NCBI GenBank assembly: GCA_964019335.1
Contig: OZ025703.1
Coordinates: forward strand, 248,001 to 312,000
Length of the DNA: 64,000 nucleotides
Direction of reading: 5' to 3'
Source of the DNA: Diplonema japonicum
Taxonomy: Eukaryota; Protista; Euglenozoa: Diplonemea
Positions 1 through 10,571 of this stretch are shown here, one piece after another; within the stretch, counting starts at the first letter, position 1; every line of letters begins with the position of its first letter. A model generated the notes under the pieces. It had not been told where the DNA came from, ran no database searches, and worked only from the letters and a program-made list of their open reading frames with translations. A program made the translations under genes and the position numbers.

Positions 1-406
1 CTCATGTGTCCTGCGCAGTCTCATGTGTCCTGCGTAGTCTCATGTGTCCTGCGTAGTCTCATGTGTCCTGCGCAGTCTCATGTGTCCTGCGTAGTCTCAT
101 GTGTCCTGCGCAGTCTCATGTGTCCTGCGTAGTCTCATGTGTCCTGCGCAGTCTCATGTGTCCTGCGCAGTCTCATGTGTCCTGCGTAGTCTCATGTGTC
201 CTGCGTAGTCTCATGTGTCCTGCGCAGTCTCATGTGTCCTGCGTAGTCTCATGTGTCCTGCGCAGTCTCATGTGTCCTGCGTAGTCTCATGTGTCCTGCG
301 TAGTCTCATGTGTCCTGCGCAGTCTCATGTGTCCTGCGTAGTCTCATGTGTCCTGCGCAGTCTCATGTGTCCTGCGCAGTCTCATGTGTCCTGCGTAGTC
401 TCATGT
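1..406. repeat. 19-bp minisatellite (CTCATGTGTCCTGCG[C/T]AGT) x21+, truncated by window edge
   Basis: 21 full units differing only at one C/T position; no spacers. Confidence 0.97.
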
Positions 407-531
407 CGTCCTTCTGAACCACAATCCTAGTCTCAAGCCCACCAACTTGGCCAACGTTTTTCAAAAGAAAGAAAGAAATACCTTATCCCACAGATTTCAA
501 CACTAACACATTTTAACAAAACAAAAACAAA

Positions 532-1530
532 ATGGGTTCCGTAGGAAGCATTGCAGCCGTCATCGACGTGTCCATCACAGCCTTCTACTTGGACATGAGG
601 GTGAACCTCGATGGTGGCAGCGGGTGGCAGAGTCCCATCCACTGTGGGGCTTTCCCCAACGGAGCTGGCAGCAGAAGACCCCAAGACTATACTCGTGTGT
701 CTAGGTGGCCGTCTCACGACGGGAGTGGCAGCTACTTCATGCCGAGGATCACAAGGGATGCCTACAACAATGCCATCAGTCCTCATGTCACTTACGAGGT
801 GAAGTGCAGCATTGACCCCGACTGGGGCAGTTGGGATTACCTCAGCACGTATGTGAGGACCCCTGCTGCTCCGACACCGGCTCCCACCCCTGTCCCAACT
901 CCTGCTCCCACACCCGAGCCCACTCCTGCCCCTACACCTGAGCCCACTCCTGCTCCCACACCTGAGCCGACCCCTGTCCCGACCCCTGCCCCCACACCTG
1001 TCCCCACCCCTGCTCCCTGTGTGACTGGGGTGAAGCTGAACGGGGTCCCCGTGACTGAGATCGACATGGACGGACAGGAGACCCTTGACCTCGGGGGGAA
1101 GACCTGGTCGCACTTCCCGAACTCCATGAACGGGATGCACGCCTACTCCCTCCCGTACCCTGTTCCCGCAACAACTGAGATCGAGATGACCTGCTGCGGT
1201 GGGGAGGAGTGTGTGTTCTTCATGGCTCTGTACAACTGTGCTGCATGCCTCGGACCCAGGCCTGCTGGCCTCGCCGAGACCCTCCTCCTGGACGGGTGGG
1301 ACACTGGTGCATGCTCCCCCAGGTTCGAGGGGGACTTCAAGACCACCGCCTTCCGCAAGGGTGTTGACGCTGTGAACCAGGACGTTGTCCTCACCTACAC
1401 CGCACCCCACGAGGAGATCATGCAGGTGTTCGGGTTGGAGGGGGCTGTTCACAACCCGTGGTGTGTGAAGCCCCATGGCCCTGTGGCTCCTGGTGGAGCT
1501 GGGTGCGGTGGGAAGTGCCCTGTCTTCTAA
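532..1530 (+). CDS. Pro/Thr-linker protein with FN3-like N-terminal domain and Cys-rich C-terminal domain, paralog 1
   Basis: 332-aa ORF, high GC3, [12 protein letters not shown] repeats; three near-identical paralogs in window. FN3-like call rests on the DVSITAFYL...P.TYEV...VRT pattern (inference). Confidence 0.85.
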   Translation: MGSVGSIAAVIDVSITAFYLDMRVNLDGGSGWQSPIHCGAFPNGAGSRRPQDYTRVSRWPSHDGSGSYFMPRITRDAYNNAISPHVTYEVKCSIDPDWGSWDYLSTYVRTPAAPTPAPTPVPTPAPTPEPTPAPTPEPTPAPTPEPTPVPTPAPTPVPTPAPCVTGVKLNGVPVTEIDMDGQETLDLGGKTWSHFPNSMNGMHAYSLPYPVPATTEIEMTCCGGEECVFFMALYNCAACLGPRPAGLAETLLLDGWDTGACSPRFEGDFKTTAFRKGVDAVNQDVVLTYTAPHEEIMQVFGLEGAVHNPWCVKPHGPVAPGGAGCGGKCPVF

Positions 1531-1920
1531 GATCCTTCATGACCTTTCTTTTATTTAAATATTTCCCCCCTTCCTTCCCTGGTGGGTTATTGATAACACC
1601 CTCTCCCCATTAGGGGTTCCTATTTGTTTTCACTCCCTTTTAACACGGATTTTATCATCTGATGACCCTGTGCACACTGATTAAAGTCATTAAGTTATTT
1701 GGATATGAAATCTCCTTTTTAAAAAATAACGGCAAACCCAGATACGAAAGGATAAAATATGAAGAAGATAAAGCACACCACTTATTTATATTTTTTTTTT
1801 CCCGCAGCACCTTTCGCCGGGTGGCTGTGAAAGAAAAAATGGGGGTTTTCTTCTTCTTTCCTTTTATATTTCTGGGAATGCCTTACCCCTGTTATTCCCA
1901 CCCTCTCATTGTTTAACCTC

Positions 1921-2040
1921 ATATTTTATTTTTATTTTTATTTTTATTTTTATTTTTATTTTTATTTTTATTTTTATTTTTATTTTTATTTTTATTTTTA
2001 TTTTTATTTTTATTTTTATTTTTATTTTTATTTTTATTTT
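1921..2040. repeat. (ATTTTT)n hexamer microsatellite
   Basis: About 20 tandem units visible. Confidence 0.95.
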
Positions 2041-3356
2041 GCCTTAACGTAGCGGTTGTCTCAAGACAACAGCAACAGAGTAAAAAAAAAAAAAAAAAGA
2101 GGGAGCTTTGCTGCACAGTATGCACGGTTGCAATTATTAGTTGAACAGTAGGCATCAAAGAAATCTTGTTGTCTTCTGAAACAAATAATAGCGGGCGTGA
2201 CCTTGCAGCATCTTTCTCCTCTTTGTAAACTACATTATTTTCACCCCCCTCTTTTTTTTTTTTTCTTTTCTTATGAAAAAAAAAAGAGCAGATAATCTTG
2301 ACCCCCCCCTTCACATGTCGAAACGCGCAAAATTTATTTCGCTTGAATAAAAAGAGGAAAAAGCAAACTACAAAAAGAGAAAAAAAAACAAAAAAAAATC
2401 CTTTGGACTTCTTTCTATCTAGTTATCAAGTGATTTGGGCAGCATCAAGTGTAGTTGTACTTCCTTTTTTTTTTTTTTTTTTTATTGTTCACACCTCCTC
2501 GGCTTTTTTATTTGCCCACCTACAAACATTATTTCCCTCCTCGATTTTTTTTAGTCAAAAATCGTAGTACCACCTCTCCCTCCCCTTTTATTTCTTTTTT
2601 GAAATCGCGGGGGGGGTTTTTTTTTTTAATTCTTATTTCTTGTCTTCTTCCCCCCCTTTTTTTTTCTTCTATGTTTTCCATTATGTTCTTTTTTTCCTGG
2701 TGCCGAGTGATGCGACTTTCCGTAAGTTATTGCTTGAGCGTTGTGCCAAGAGAGGAAGAAAGGTGGGGAACGAAAAAAAAAATCGAGGAAGAACATGAGG
2801 GATTAAGGATAAAAACCCGTGCCTTTCAACCATGTCAGGGATTCAAACCCCTGACATCAAAATCCTTTTTAGTTCTTTTTTTTGTTTTTTCCCTCTCTTT
2901 CCCTCTCTGTTGATGTGCCCTCCCTACTCGTGTCAAAGCGTGAAAGGGCTAATAAGGGTCACTGTCGAAAATCCTCCTTATTTTTTTTTCTTCCTCTTTT
3001 TTCTTATCTTATTCTTTAAATTTCTTTGTGAGTGTATGTGGAGGGGGGTCATGGCCTTTGCAATAGAATTAAGCCGGTTGATTTACATTTTGCTTTAAAA
3101 GCTGTCACCTGAATGAGATATTGTTTGGGGAACCGTTTGAAAGTCCAGCGATGGAACTCGGACCTTCTCTTCAACTATCTCTCAAAGCTTCTTCAGCTGC
3201 AGGGGCTTTTTTACCTTGTCTATGGACTAGGTTTCTTAGTTTGAGTCAAACCCCGTGCAGACAGAAAGGAGGGTGGAGAAAGAAAAAAAAAAAAAAAAAA
3301 AAAAACATTACTCGCTAGATTTTAAAAAAAGAAGAAAAAAAAAAACAAAAACAAAA

Positions 3357-4370
3357 ATGGGTTCCGCAGGAAGCATTGCGGCCGTCATCGACGTGTCCAT
3401 CACAGCCTTCTACTTGGACATGAGGGTGAACCTCAACGGCGGCAGCGGGTGGGGGTGGGAGGGTCCCATCTACTGCGCGGCTTTCCCGATGCCCACTAGC
3501 ACCGACCCGCACTTCCATCCATGGGACCACACTACGGTGAGCAGGCGGCCGTCTCACGACGGGAGTGGCAGCTACTTCATGCCGAGGATCACAAGGGACG
3601 AAAGAAACAATCCCATCCGCCCTGAGACCACCTATGTTGTGAAGTGTGGGATTGACCCCGACTGGAGTCGTTGGTCTTACCTCGGCACAACTGTGAGGAC
3701 CCCTGCTGCTCCGACACCGGCTCCCACCCCTGTCCCAACTCCTGCTCCCACACCCGAGCCCACTCCTGCCCCTACACCTGAGCCCACTCCTGCTCCCACA
3801 CCTGAGCCGACTCCTGTCCCGACCCCTGCCCCCACACCTGTCCCCACCCCTGCTCCCTGTGTGACTGGGGTGAAGCTGAACGGGGTCCCCGTGACTGAGA
3901 TCGACATGGACGGACAGGAGACCCTTGACCTCGGGGGGAAGACCTGGTCGCACTTCCCGAACTCCATGAACGGGATGCACGCCTACTCCCTCCCGTACCC
4001 TGTTCCCGCAACGACCGAGATCGAGATGACCTGCTGCGGTGGGGAGGAGTGTGTGTTCTTCGTGGCTCTGTACAACTGTGCTGCGTGCCTCGGACCCAGG
4101 CCTGCTGGCCTCGCCGAGACCCTCCTCCTGGACGGGTGGGACACTGGTGCATGCTCCCCCAGGTTCGAGGGGGACTTCAAGACCACCGCCTTCCGCAAGG
4201 GTGTTGACGCTGTGAACCAGGACGTTGTCCTCACCTACACCGCACCCCACGAGGAGATCATGCAGGTGTTCGGGTTGGAGGGGGCTGTTCAGAACCCGTG
4301 GTGTGTGAGGCCCCATGGCCCTGTGGCTCCTGGTGGAGCTGGGTGCGGTGGGAAGTGCCCTGTCTTCTAA
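3357..4370 (+). CDS. Pro/Thr-linker FN3-like/Cys-rich protein, paralog 2
   Basis: ATG at 3357 matches paralog start MGSAGS; the upstream poly-Lys extension is homopolymer DNA. Confidence 0.85.
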   Translation: MGSAGSIAAVIDVSITAFYLDMRVNLNGGSGWGWEGPIYCAAFPMPTSTDPHFHPWDHTTVSRRPSHDGSGSYFMPRITRDERNNPIRPETTYVVKCGIDPDWSRWSYLGTTVRTPAAPTPAPTPVPTPAPTPEPTPAPTPEPTPAPTPEPTPVPTPAPTPVPTPAPCVTGVKLNGVPVTEIDMDGQETLDLGGKTWSHFPNSMNGMHAYSLPYPVPATTEIEMTCCGGEECVFFVALYNCAACLGPRPAGLAETLLLDGWDTGACSPRFEGDFKTTAFRKGVDAVNQDVVLTYTAPHEEIMQVFGLEGAVQNPWCVRPHGPVAPGGAGCGGKCPVF

Positions 4371-4968
4371 GATCCATTCATTACAATGTTTTACCGAAGC
4401 CTTTTATCACTTTCAAACCTTTAATTGCAGAAGACAGAATAGGAAAGCTAATAACCTTCTCATCTCTTTTAACCGACATATTTTTCGAAACGAGGGGGAA
4501 AAAAAGGGAAAAGCATGCCAATGAAAGATTAAGCACCATTCTTTTTCGAAAGTTGCTCTTTTTTTTTTGAGCCAACACTGCGCCCTTCAACAGGCCGTTG
4601 AGAAGGAGTGTGGGTGGTCTTTATTGAGCATGCTCCCCCCACCTTTTTTTTTCCTCTTCTTTTTCTCATTTACCTCCCTTTTTTATTTTCCGTATCACAA
4701 ATCTAAATTAACCTTTTTTTTTAAACAAAATGTTCTAATCGAGAACAAGTGTAAAAGAAATTCTTTTTTTTTTCCTGAGAAATGAAAAAAAAAAAATAAT
4801 AAGTGTCAAAAAGGAAGCTCTTTATCAGCTTCTAGATGATGCTTGAAATATTTTTCTTCCAGAAAAAAAAAAAAAAAAAAGAAAAGAAACAGAAAAAAGG
4901 GAATTCTTTTTGTCCAATCACGGTCCCTCAAAGAAAGGGGCCCCACCTTTATTTCTTTCGTCTTCTTT

Positions 4969-5007
4969 AGGCGATCTTGTCACATACTGCAAGTACCCTT
5001 CAAAGAC
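4969..5007 (+). repeat. 40-bp hairpin motif, subfamily 2
   Basis: aggcgatcttgtcacatactgcaagtacccttcaaagac; homologous to 13362 and 52406; flanked by near-direct repeat gtcttcttt/gttttcttt. Confidence 0.8.
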
Positions 5008-5327
5008 GTTTTCTTTGACTCCTTGACTGCCCAGCCGCCGAGCACTTAAAATTGCTTGAGCACGAGTTGTTGGAAAGAAAGGGAGAAGGAAGAGGAGGAG
5101 AAAGCGAAAAAAAGGTCCACCCCAAGACTATTTTACAGCCCCACACCCCCTCCCCTTTTATGTTCTCATCCCACCATCAGGTACCTTGAGACGAAATTGC
5201 AATGATTTGCATCCTTTTGCCAGTATGACCCCCAGCATGGCGCCTACGGTGGCACCGCTCTGTCAGTCCCCACTACTGAGGGTCAAACTTTTTGTTCGTA
5301 CTCCTTCCCTTTTCTTTTTCTTCTTTT

Positions 5328-5366
<39 letters not shown>

Positions 5367-5437
5367 TTTCTTTTTTTATATCCCACTTTCTTACTAGCCT
5401 GAACTAACCCCACCACACAGATCTTACATTTAAAGAA

Positions 5438-6499
5438 ATGGGTTCCGCAGGAAGCATTGCGGCCGTCATCGACGTGTCCATCACAGCCTTCTACTTGGAC
5501 ATGAGGGTGAACCTCGATGGTGGCAAAGGCGACACATGGGAGAGTCCCATCTTCTGCGCGGCTTTCCCGATGCCCACTAGCACCGACCCGCACTTCCACC
5601 CATGGGACCACACTACGGTGAGCAGGCACCCGTCACGCCCTGGGTGCGGCAGCTATATTATGCCGAGGATCACAAGGGACGAAAGAAACAATCCCATCCG
5701 CCCTGAGACCACCTATGTTGTGAAGTGTGGGATTGACCCTGATAATAGCAGGTGGTCTTACATCAGCACGGTTGTGAGGACCCCTGCTGCTCCGACACCG
5801 GCTCCCACTCCTGTTCCTACGCCTTTGCCTACACCTGTTCCCACACCTGTCCCAACTCCTGCTCCCACACCTGAGCCCAGCCCCGAGCCCACTCCTGTCC
5901 CTACACCTGTCCCAACTCCTGTCCCCACACCCGAGCCGACCCCTGTCCCGACCCCTGCCCCCACACCTGTCCCCACCCCTGCTCCCTGTGTGACTGGGGT
6001 GAAGCTGAACGGGGTCCCCGTGACTGAGATCGACATGGACGGACAGGAGACCCTTGACCTCGGGGGGAAGACCTGGTCGCACTTCCCGAACTCCATGAAC
6101 GGGATGCACGCCTACTCCCTCCCGTACCCTGTTCCCGCAACGACCGAGATCGAGATGACCTGCTGCGGTGGGGAGGAGTGTGTGTTCTTCGTGGCTCTGT
6201 ACAACTGTGCTGCGTGCCTCGGACCCAGGCCTGCTGGCCTCGCCGAGACCCTCCTCCTGGACGGGTGGGGCGGTGGTTCGTGCTCCCCCAGGTTCGAGGG
6301 GGACTTCAAGACCACCGCCTTCCGCAAAAGTATTGACGCTGTGAACCAGGACATTGTCCTCACCTACACAGTGCATTACAAGGAGATCATGCAGATGTTC
6401 GGGTTGGAGGGGGCTGTTCAGAACCCGTGGTGTGTGAGGTCCCATGGCCCTGTGGCTCCTGGTGGTGCTGGGTGCGGTGGGAAGTGCCCTGTCTTCTAA
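5438..6499 (+). CDS. Pro/Thr-linker FN3-like/Cys-rich protein, paralog 3
   Basis: 353-aa ORF with a longer PT linker and the same C-terminal domain. Confidence 0.85.
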   Translation: MGSAGSIAAVIDVSITAFYLDMRVNLDGGKGDTWESPIFCAAFPMPTSTDPHFHPWDHTTVSRHPSRPGCGSYIMPRITRDERNNPIRPETTYVVKCGIDPDNSRWSYISTVVRTPAAPTPAPTPVPTPLPTPVPTPVPTPAPTPEPSPEPTPVPTPVPTPVPTPEPTPVPTPAPTPVPTPAPCVTGVKLNGVPVTEIDMDGQETLDLGGKTWSHFPNSMNGMHAYSLPYPVPATTEIEMTCCGGEECVFFVALYNCAACLGPRPAGLAETLLLDGWGGGSCSPRFEGDFKTTAFRKSIDAVNQDIVLTYTVHYKEIMQMFGLEGAVQNPWCVRSHGPVAPGGAGCGGKCPVF

Positions 6500-7208
6500 G
6501 ACCTGTCTTGCAAGTCTTCCTCAATTAGTATCCAATCTGATAATATTCTTTTTTTTTTTTTTTTCTCTCTTCCCTTCTTCCTCCCTTTAATTTATTCAAA
6601 TTATCCCCTTCTTCTTTTTTTTTTTTTAACACCTAATGGGCAGGGAACGGTGGGAACAGCTAACTGATACCTTCTTGTTATCTGACACCGCCTTTCGTGC
6701 CGATGAGGCCGCGAAGAAAAGAAATCAATCGGGGCACAAGAACAACAAACTCTCGATCCGACACACGAACAAGAAACATAATGCTGATATGAATTCTCAG
6801 TTTTTTTGCTTCCAGCGCCCTTTATCCGGCTGCTGAGAAAAAAAAGGGTGTTAATGGATACCGATGGAATGTTGCTTTCATTTTTTTTTTTTTTTTAAAG
6901 ATTTTTTTTTTAATTCCTTCTGTTTTAATTAGTCAGAAGCAATGAGGGAAAACTGATTTATCTATTTAACTGATTCTATTGGCTATTTAAAAAAAAAAAA
7001 AAAAAAAAAAAACGAGAGAACATTCCTTGGGTTTGTTTTCGTTTTTTTTTTTTTCTTTTTCTTTTTCTTTGCTCCGTTTCCCCTGTCGCAAGGATGCAAC
7101 AATAAAAAAAGAAGGGGAAATACAGAAATAGATAAGCTCTGAGTTTCTCGAGCCATGTCCTTGCGGTGATCATCCTTCTCTCTCTATTTCCTTTTTTTTT
7201 TTTTTTTC

Positions 7209-7248
7209 AGGCGTCCTGCCACATACCGCAGGTCCCCTTAAATGTCTC
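7209..7248 (+). repeat. 40-bp hairpin motif, subfamily 1
   Basis: aggcgtcctgccacataccgcaggtccccttaaatgtctc inside a poly-T tract; near-identical at 16433, 21506 and 36183. Confidence 0.9.
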
Positions 7249-7460
7249 TTTTTTTTTTTTTTTTTTTTTTTTTTCCCGTTCTGATTTTGATTCGCTATCG
7301 TTGGTATAATCAACTTAATTCCTTTGTAAGGGAATGTGCTGAGTACTACTTTAGTTCTTTCCCTCGTCTTTACCCCCTCACTATGAGGGGGGCATTTCCC
7401 TCTCCTGTCTTTTCTTTTTCTTTTTTATTTCAAAGGCAACATGGTTTTTTTTTTTTGTTT

Positions 7461-7491
<31 letters not shown>

Positions 7492-7771
7492 AACAAACTT
7501 GTATTTTTTTTTTTTGTTTTTGTTCCGAGTAAGGATTTTACTTAAGCAGGGGGGGGGGGTTTTTTTTTTACCTCCCTCCCCCCCTTACTCGGGGGAAAAC
7601 AAAACAAAACAAAAAGTCAAGTTTTACCATAAAAATCTTTTTTTTTTTTTGCAAGAAAAAGTCATGCATTATTCTCTGACTTTTCCAAATCAAAAAAAAA
7701 AAAAAAACAAAAAAAAATCAAAAAAAAACCCTGTAGGCAAACGGTATCGCTCGATCCTAATAGACACACCC

Positions 7772-7806
<35 letters not shown>

Positions 7807-7864
7807 CAAAAAAAAAAAAGAAATCATTACGAAGTGGAGGGGAAAAAAAAAAAAAAAAAAAAAA

Positions 7865-10455
7865 ATGACGCTGTCGATCAAAAACCGAGGAAGGAATGTA
7901 TCCTTCAGTTTCGAGATGAAGGAACGTGCAGCAAAACCATTCGAAGCATCTGAAGAATCCATCGAAGAAGAAGACAACGAGACAACAGAAGAAGAAGGGG
8001 ACGACACCACGGAGCCGATCGAAGAGCACGAGCGACAAGAATCCCAACGAGAACTATACTCACCGTGGGAAAAAGTCCGCGCGAAAAAGGCCTCAAAAGC
8101 CAAGGCCTTCCTCATAGAAATGTTACTATACGGGATATTTGTGGTCGTATTCTGCCTCTCAACATTCGCCCTACGGTCACCATGGACATACTGGAGCGCA
8201 GAGGGAACCAGAGTAGCACTACAATTCGACGAAAGAAACGGATATAAAGATATTTCTGGCACCGATGACTTCTACGAATTCCTGGAAACCATTTTTATTC
8301 CAACATTATACCCCACACAGTGGTACAACGATGAGGCCATGACAAGCTATGAATCAAGGTTTCCGAATTTACACAACAGGTTGCTGGGGACCGTTCGGCT
8401 TCGACAGGTCCGGGTTCAGAAAAACAAAAACTGTTTCGTTTCGATAAAGTTCACGGCGTTTGTAAGAGACTGCTCCCCGCCGTTCTCCTCGTCCGTTGAA
8501 TCTACAACCCCGTACGGCCCGCCCCACAACAGAACTCTGTTTCGATTTTCTTCCTCGTCGCATCTTTGTTCCGCAAGCCCGATTTCACATTACTGCACAA
8601 GCATTACAACTGGCAAACGAGGTGATATTTACCCATCCGGTGGATTCACAGTGGACCTCCCTGTGAAACAGTCCTCTGCAATGGAAACTATTCAACAATT
8701 GAAATCCAACCGATGGATCGACGAGGACACCAGAGCGGTCATGCTCGACTTCACGCTTTACAACAGCAATGTCAAACTGTTGATCGTGACACAGCTTTTG
8801 GTAGAATGGTTCCCAACTGGTTCGGTGTTCCCTCGAGCGTCTATTAAACCCATTTCCCCGTTGACATTGGAAAGCGATTCAGAAATTCTGACGCTAGTCT
8901 TGGAGGTGTTTCTAGCGACGTATTTATTCTGCTATCTTTTAAACGAGATTGCCGAATTTTATACGTACAAAAGCGTTCTTCGGGAACGGTGCTTGGTGTG
9001 CAGGAAGCAGGAGATCCTCCGGACCGGCGAGGAAAAAACCTACAGCTGCGCGGAGTGCGACAACGTATTCGACCCTTTCGAATCCCGAAAATGCAACCAA
9101 TGCCTCCGGGAATACTCCCCCACAGTACACCTCTGCTGGAAGGGTTATTTTCAAGACCCCTGGAACTGGCTTGATATGGTCAATCTTGTATTTTTCGTCG
9201 CTGTTTTCGGGCTGCGGTTCAAGCTTAGACACGATTTGTCAGATGTAAACTTCAACACCGGCGATCAGTTTATATTGCTGTACCCGTTGGCGGTCCAGTA
9301 CAGCACCGCGAATTATCTTAACGCTGTAAATGCGTTGCTGTGCTTTTTCAAGACGTTCAAGTATCTTGGAAAGTTCGCGCAGCTTGCTATTCTCATCAAG
9401 ACGCTGTCTAACTCGAGAACGGAAATCGGGTATTTTTTGATTATCTTCTCGATCATCTTTGTGGGATTTTCGCTGGCGTTTCAGCTTGGGTTTGGGTCGG
9501 ACCTGAAGGACTACCAAAGCTTCACAGACTCTCTCATGAGCCTTTTCAGAATGTTGCTAGGAGACTTCGACTATGGTTCCCTGGAAGAGAGCAACAGGGT
9601 TCTAGCCCCGGTATTCTTCGTGTTTTACAACGTGTTGGTGCTGTTTGTACTGTCGAACATGTTTATCGCCATTGTCTCGGGTGCCTACGCAACAGCGTAC
9701 AACGAAATCGACGAAGGCGGTGATGTGACATTTGTCGGTTCCTCTTTGAAGCTTCTGTACAACACCTTGTTGATACGTTTCAACAACTGTATTGGAAACC
9801 AAACATTGTTGACCGACATCATGGTGCTGATAGAGCATCTTGAAGCGATTGAAGACCTTGCTCCGGAGAAGCAAGACGACATCAGGATGTTTCGCGACGA
9901 GGTGGAGCACAACCCGAAGGATAACCACCTTTTTAACGCTGTTTTGAACGCATTCGGCCGGCGTATCGACCGCGAGATGTTCGAGGAGGATTACCATATT
10001 TTGAGAAACACTTTGATCGACTACAGGAACACAGAAGAAGCCGCCGAAACGGGTGACAGAAAGTCCACTATCTACCCTTCTGCAGAGCTTGCGCGTAGGT
10101 CTTCGTTCGGTACAAGCGTTTCTTCGCCTCGGGCACTGAAGTCCCGGCATTCTATATTTGGTGCCATCAATGCCGAGCGTCGGGCTTCGATGGAGCGTGG
10201 TACTAGTGAGAACTTGGGGGCCAGGCCGTCTCTCAGTGCCGCGCACATGATGCTGTACCAGGCGAAGATAAAGAGTTTGGAGGTGACCGTGGCCAACATC
10301 TCGAGTAACATGGATTTGCTTCTGCAAAACCTGCAGTTTCAACAGGGCAACAACAACAACAACAATTCAGGGACGCCGCCAGCTGCAGGCAAACGACGCA
10401 GCAGCCACGCGCAAGGCGTCCCGCACACAAGCTGGTTCTCATCAAACAAACTGGA

Positions 10456-10462
<7 letters not shown>
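7865..10462 (+). CDS. PKD2: Polycystin-2 (TRPP/PKD2)-family cation channel
   Basis: TOP-domain motifs RLLGTVRLRQVRV, YPSGGF and WIDEDTRAV..DFTLYN; WNWLD; pore LFRMLLGDFDY; S6 LSNMFIAIV; C-terminal coiled coil. The symbol is family-level. Confidence 0.9.
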
Positions 10463-10489
<27 letters not shown>

Positions 10490-10571
10490 CGAGATTTTTT
10501 ACAAAATCTCCGACCACCCTTTTTTTTTTTTTTTTCTTTCCGCCCTCATACACACTTTAACTCCAGAATGA

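Noticed and set aside
1-430. CRISPR array or coding ORFs in the 19-bp repeat
   Set aside because: No unique spacers and no cas genes; the ORFs are translations of a tandem repeat.
433-6445. Long antisense ORFs over the PT-repeat genes (similarly at 25353-25907, 30035-31365, 23004-23885)
   Set aside because: Shadows of high-GC3 or repetitive sense codons.
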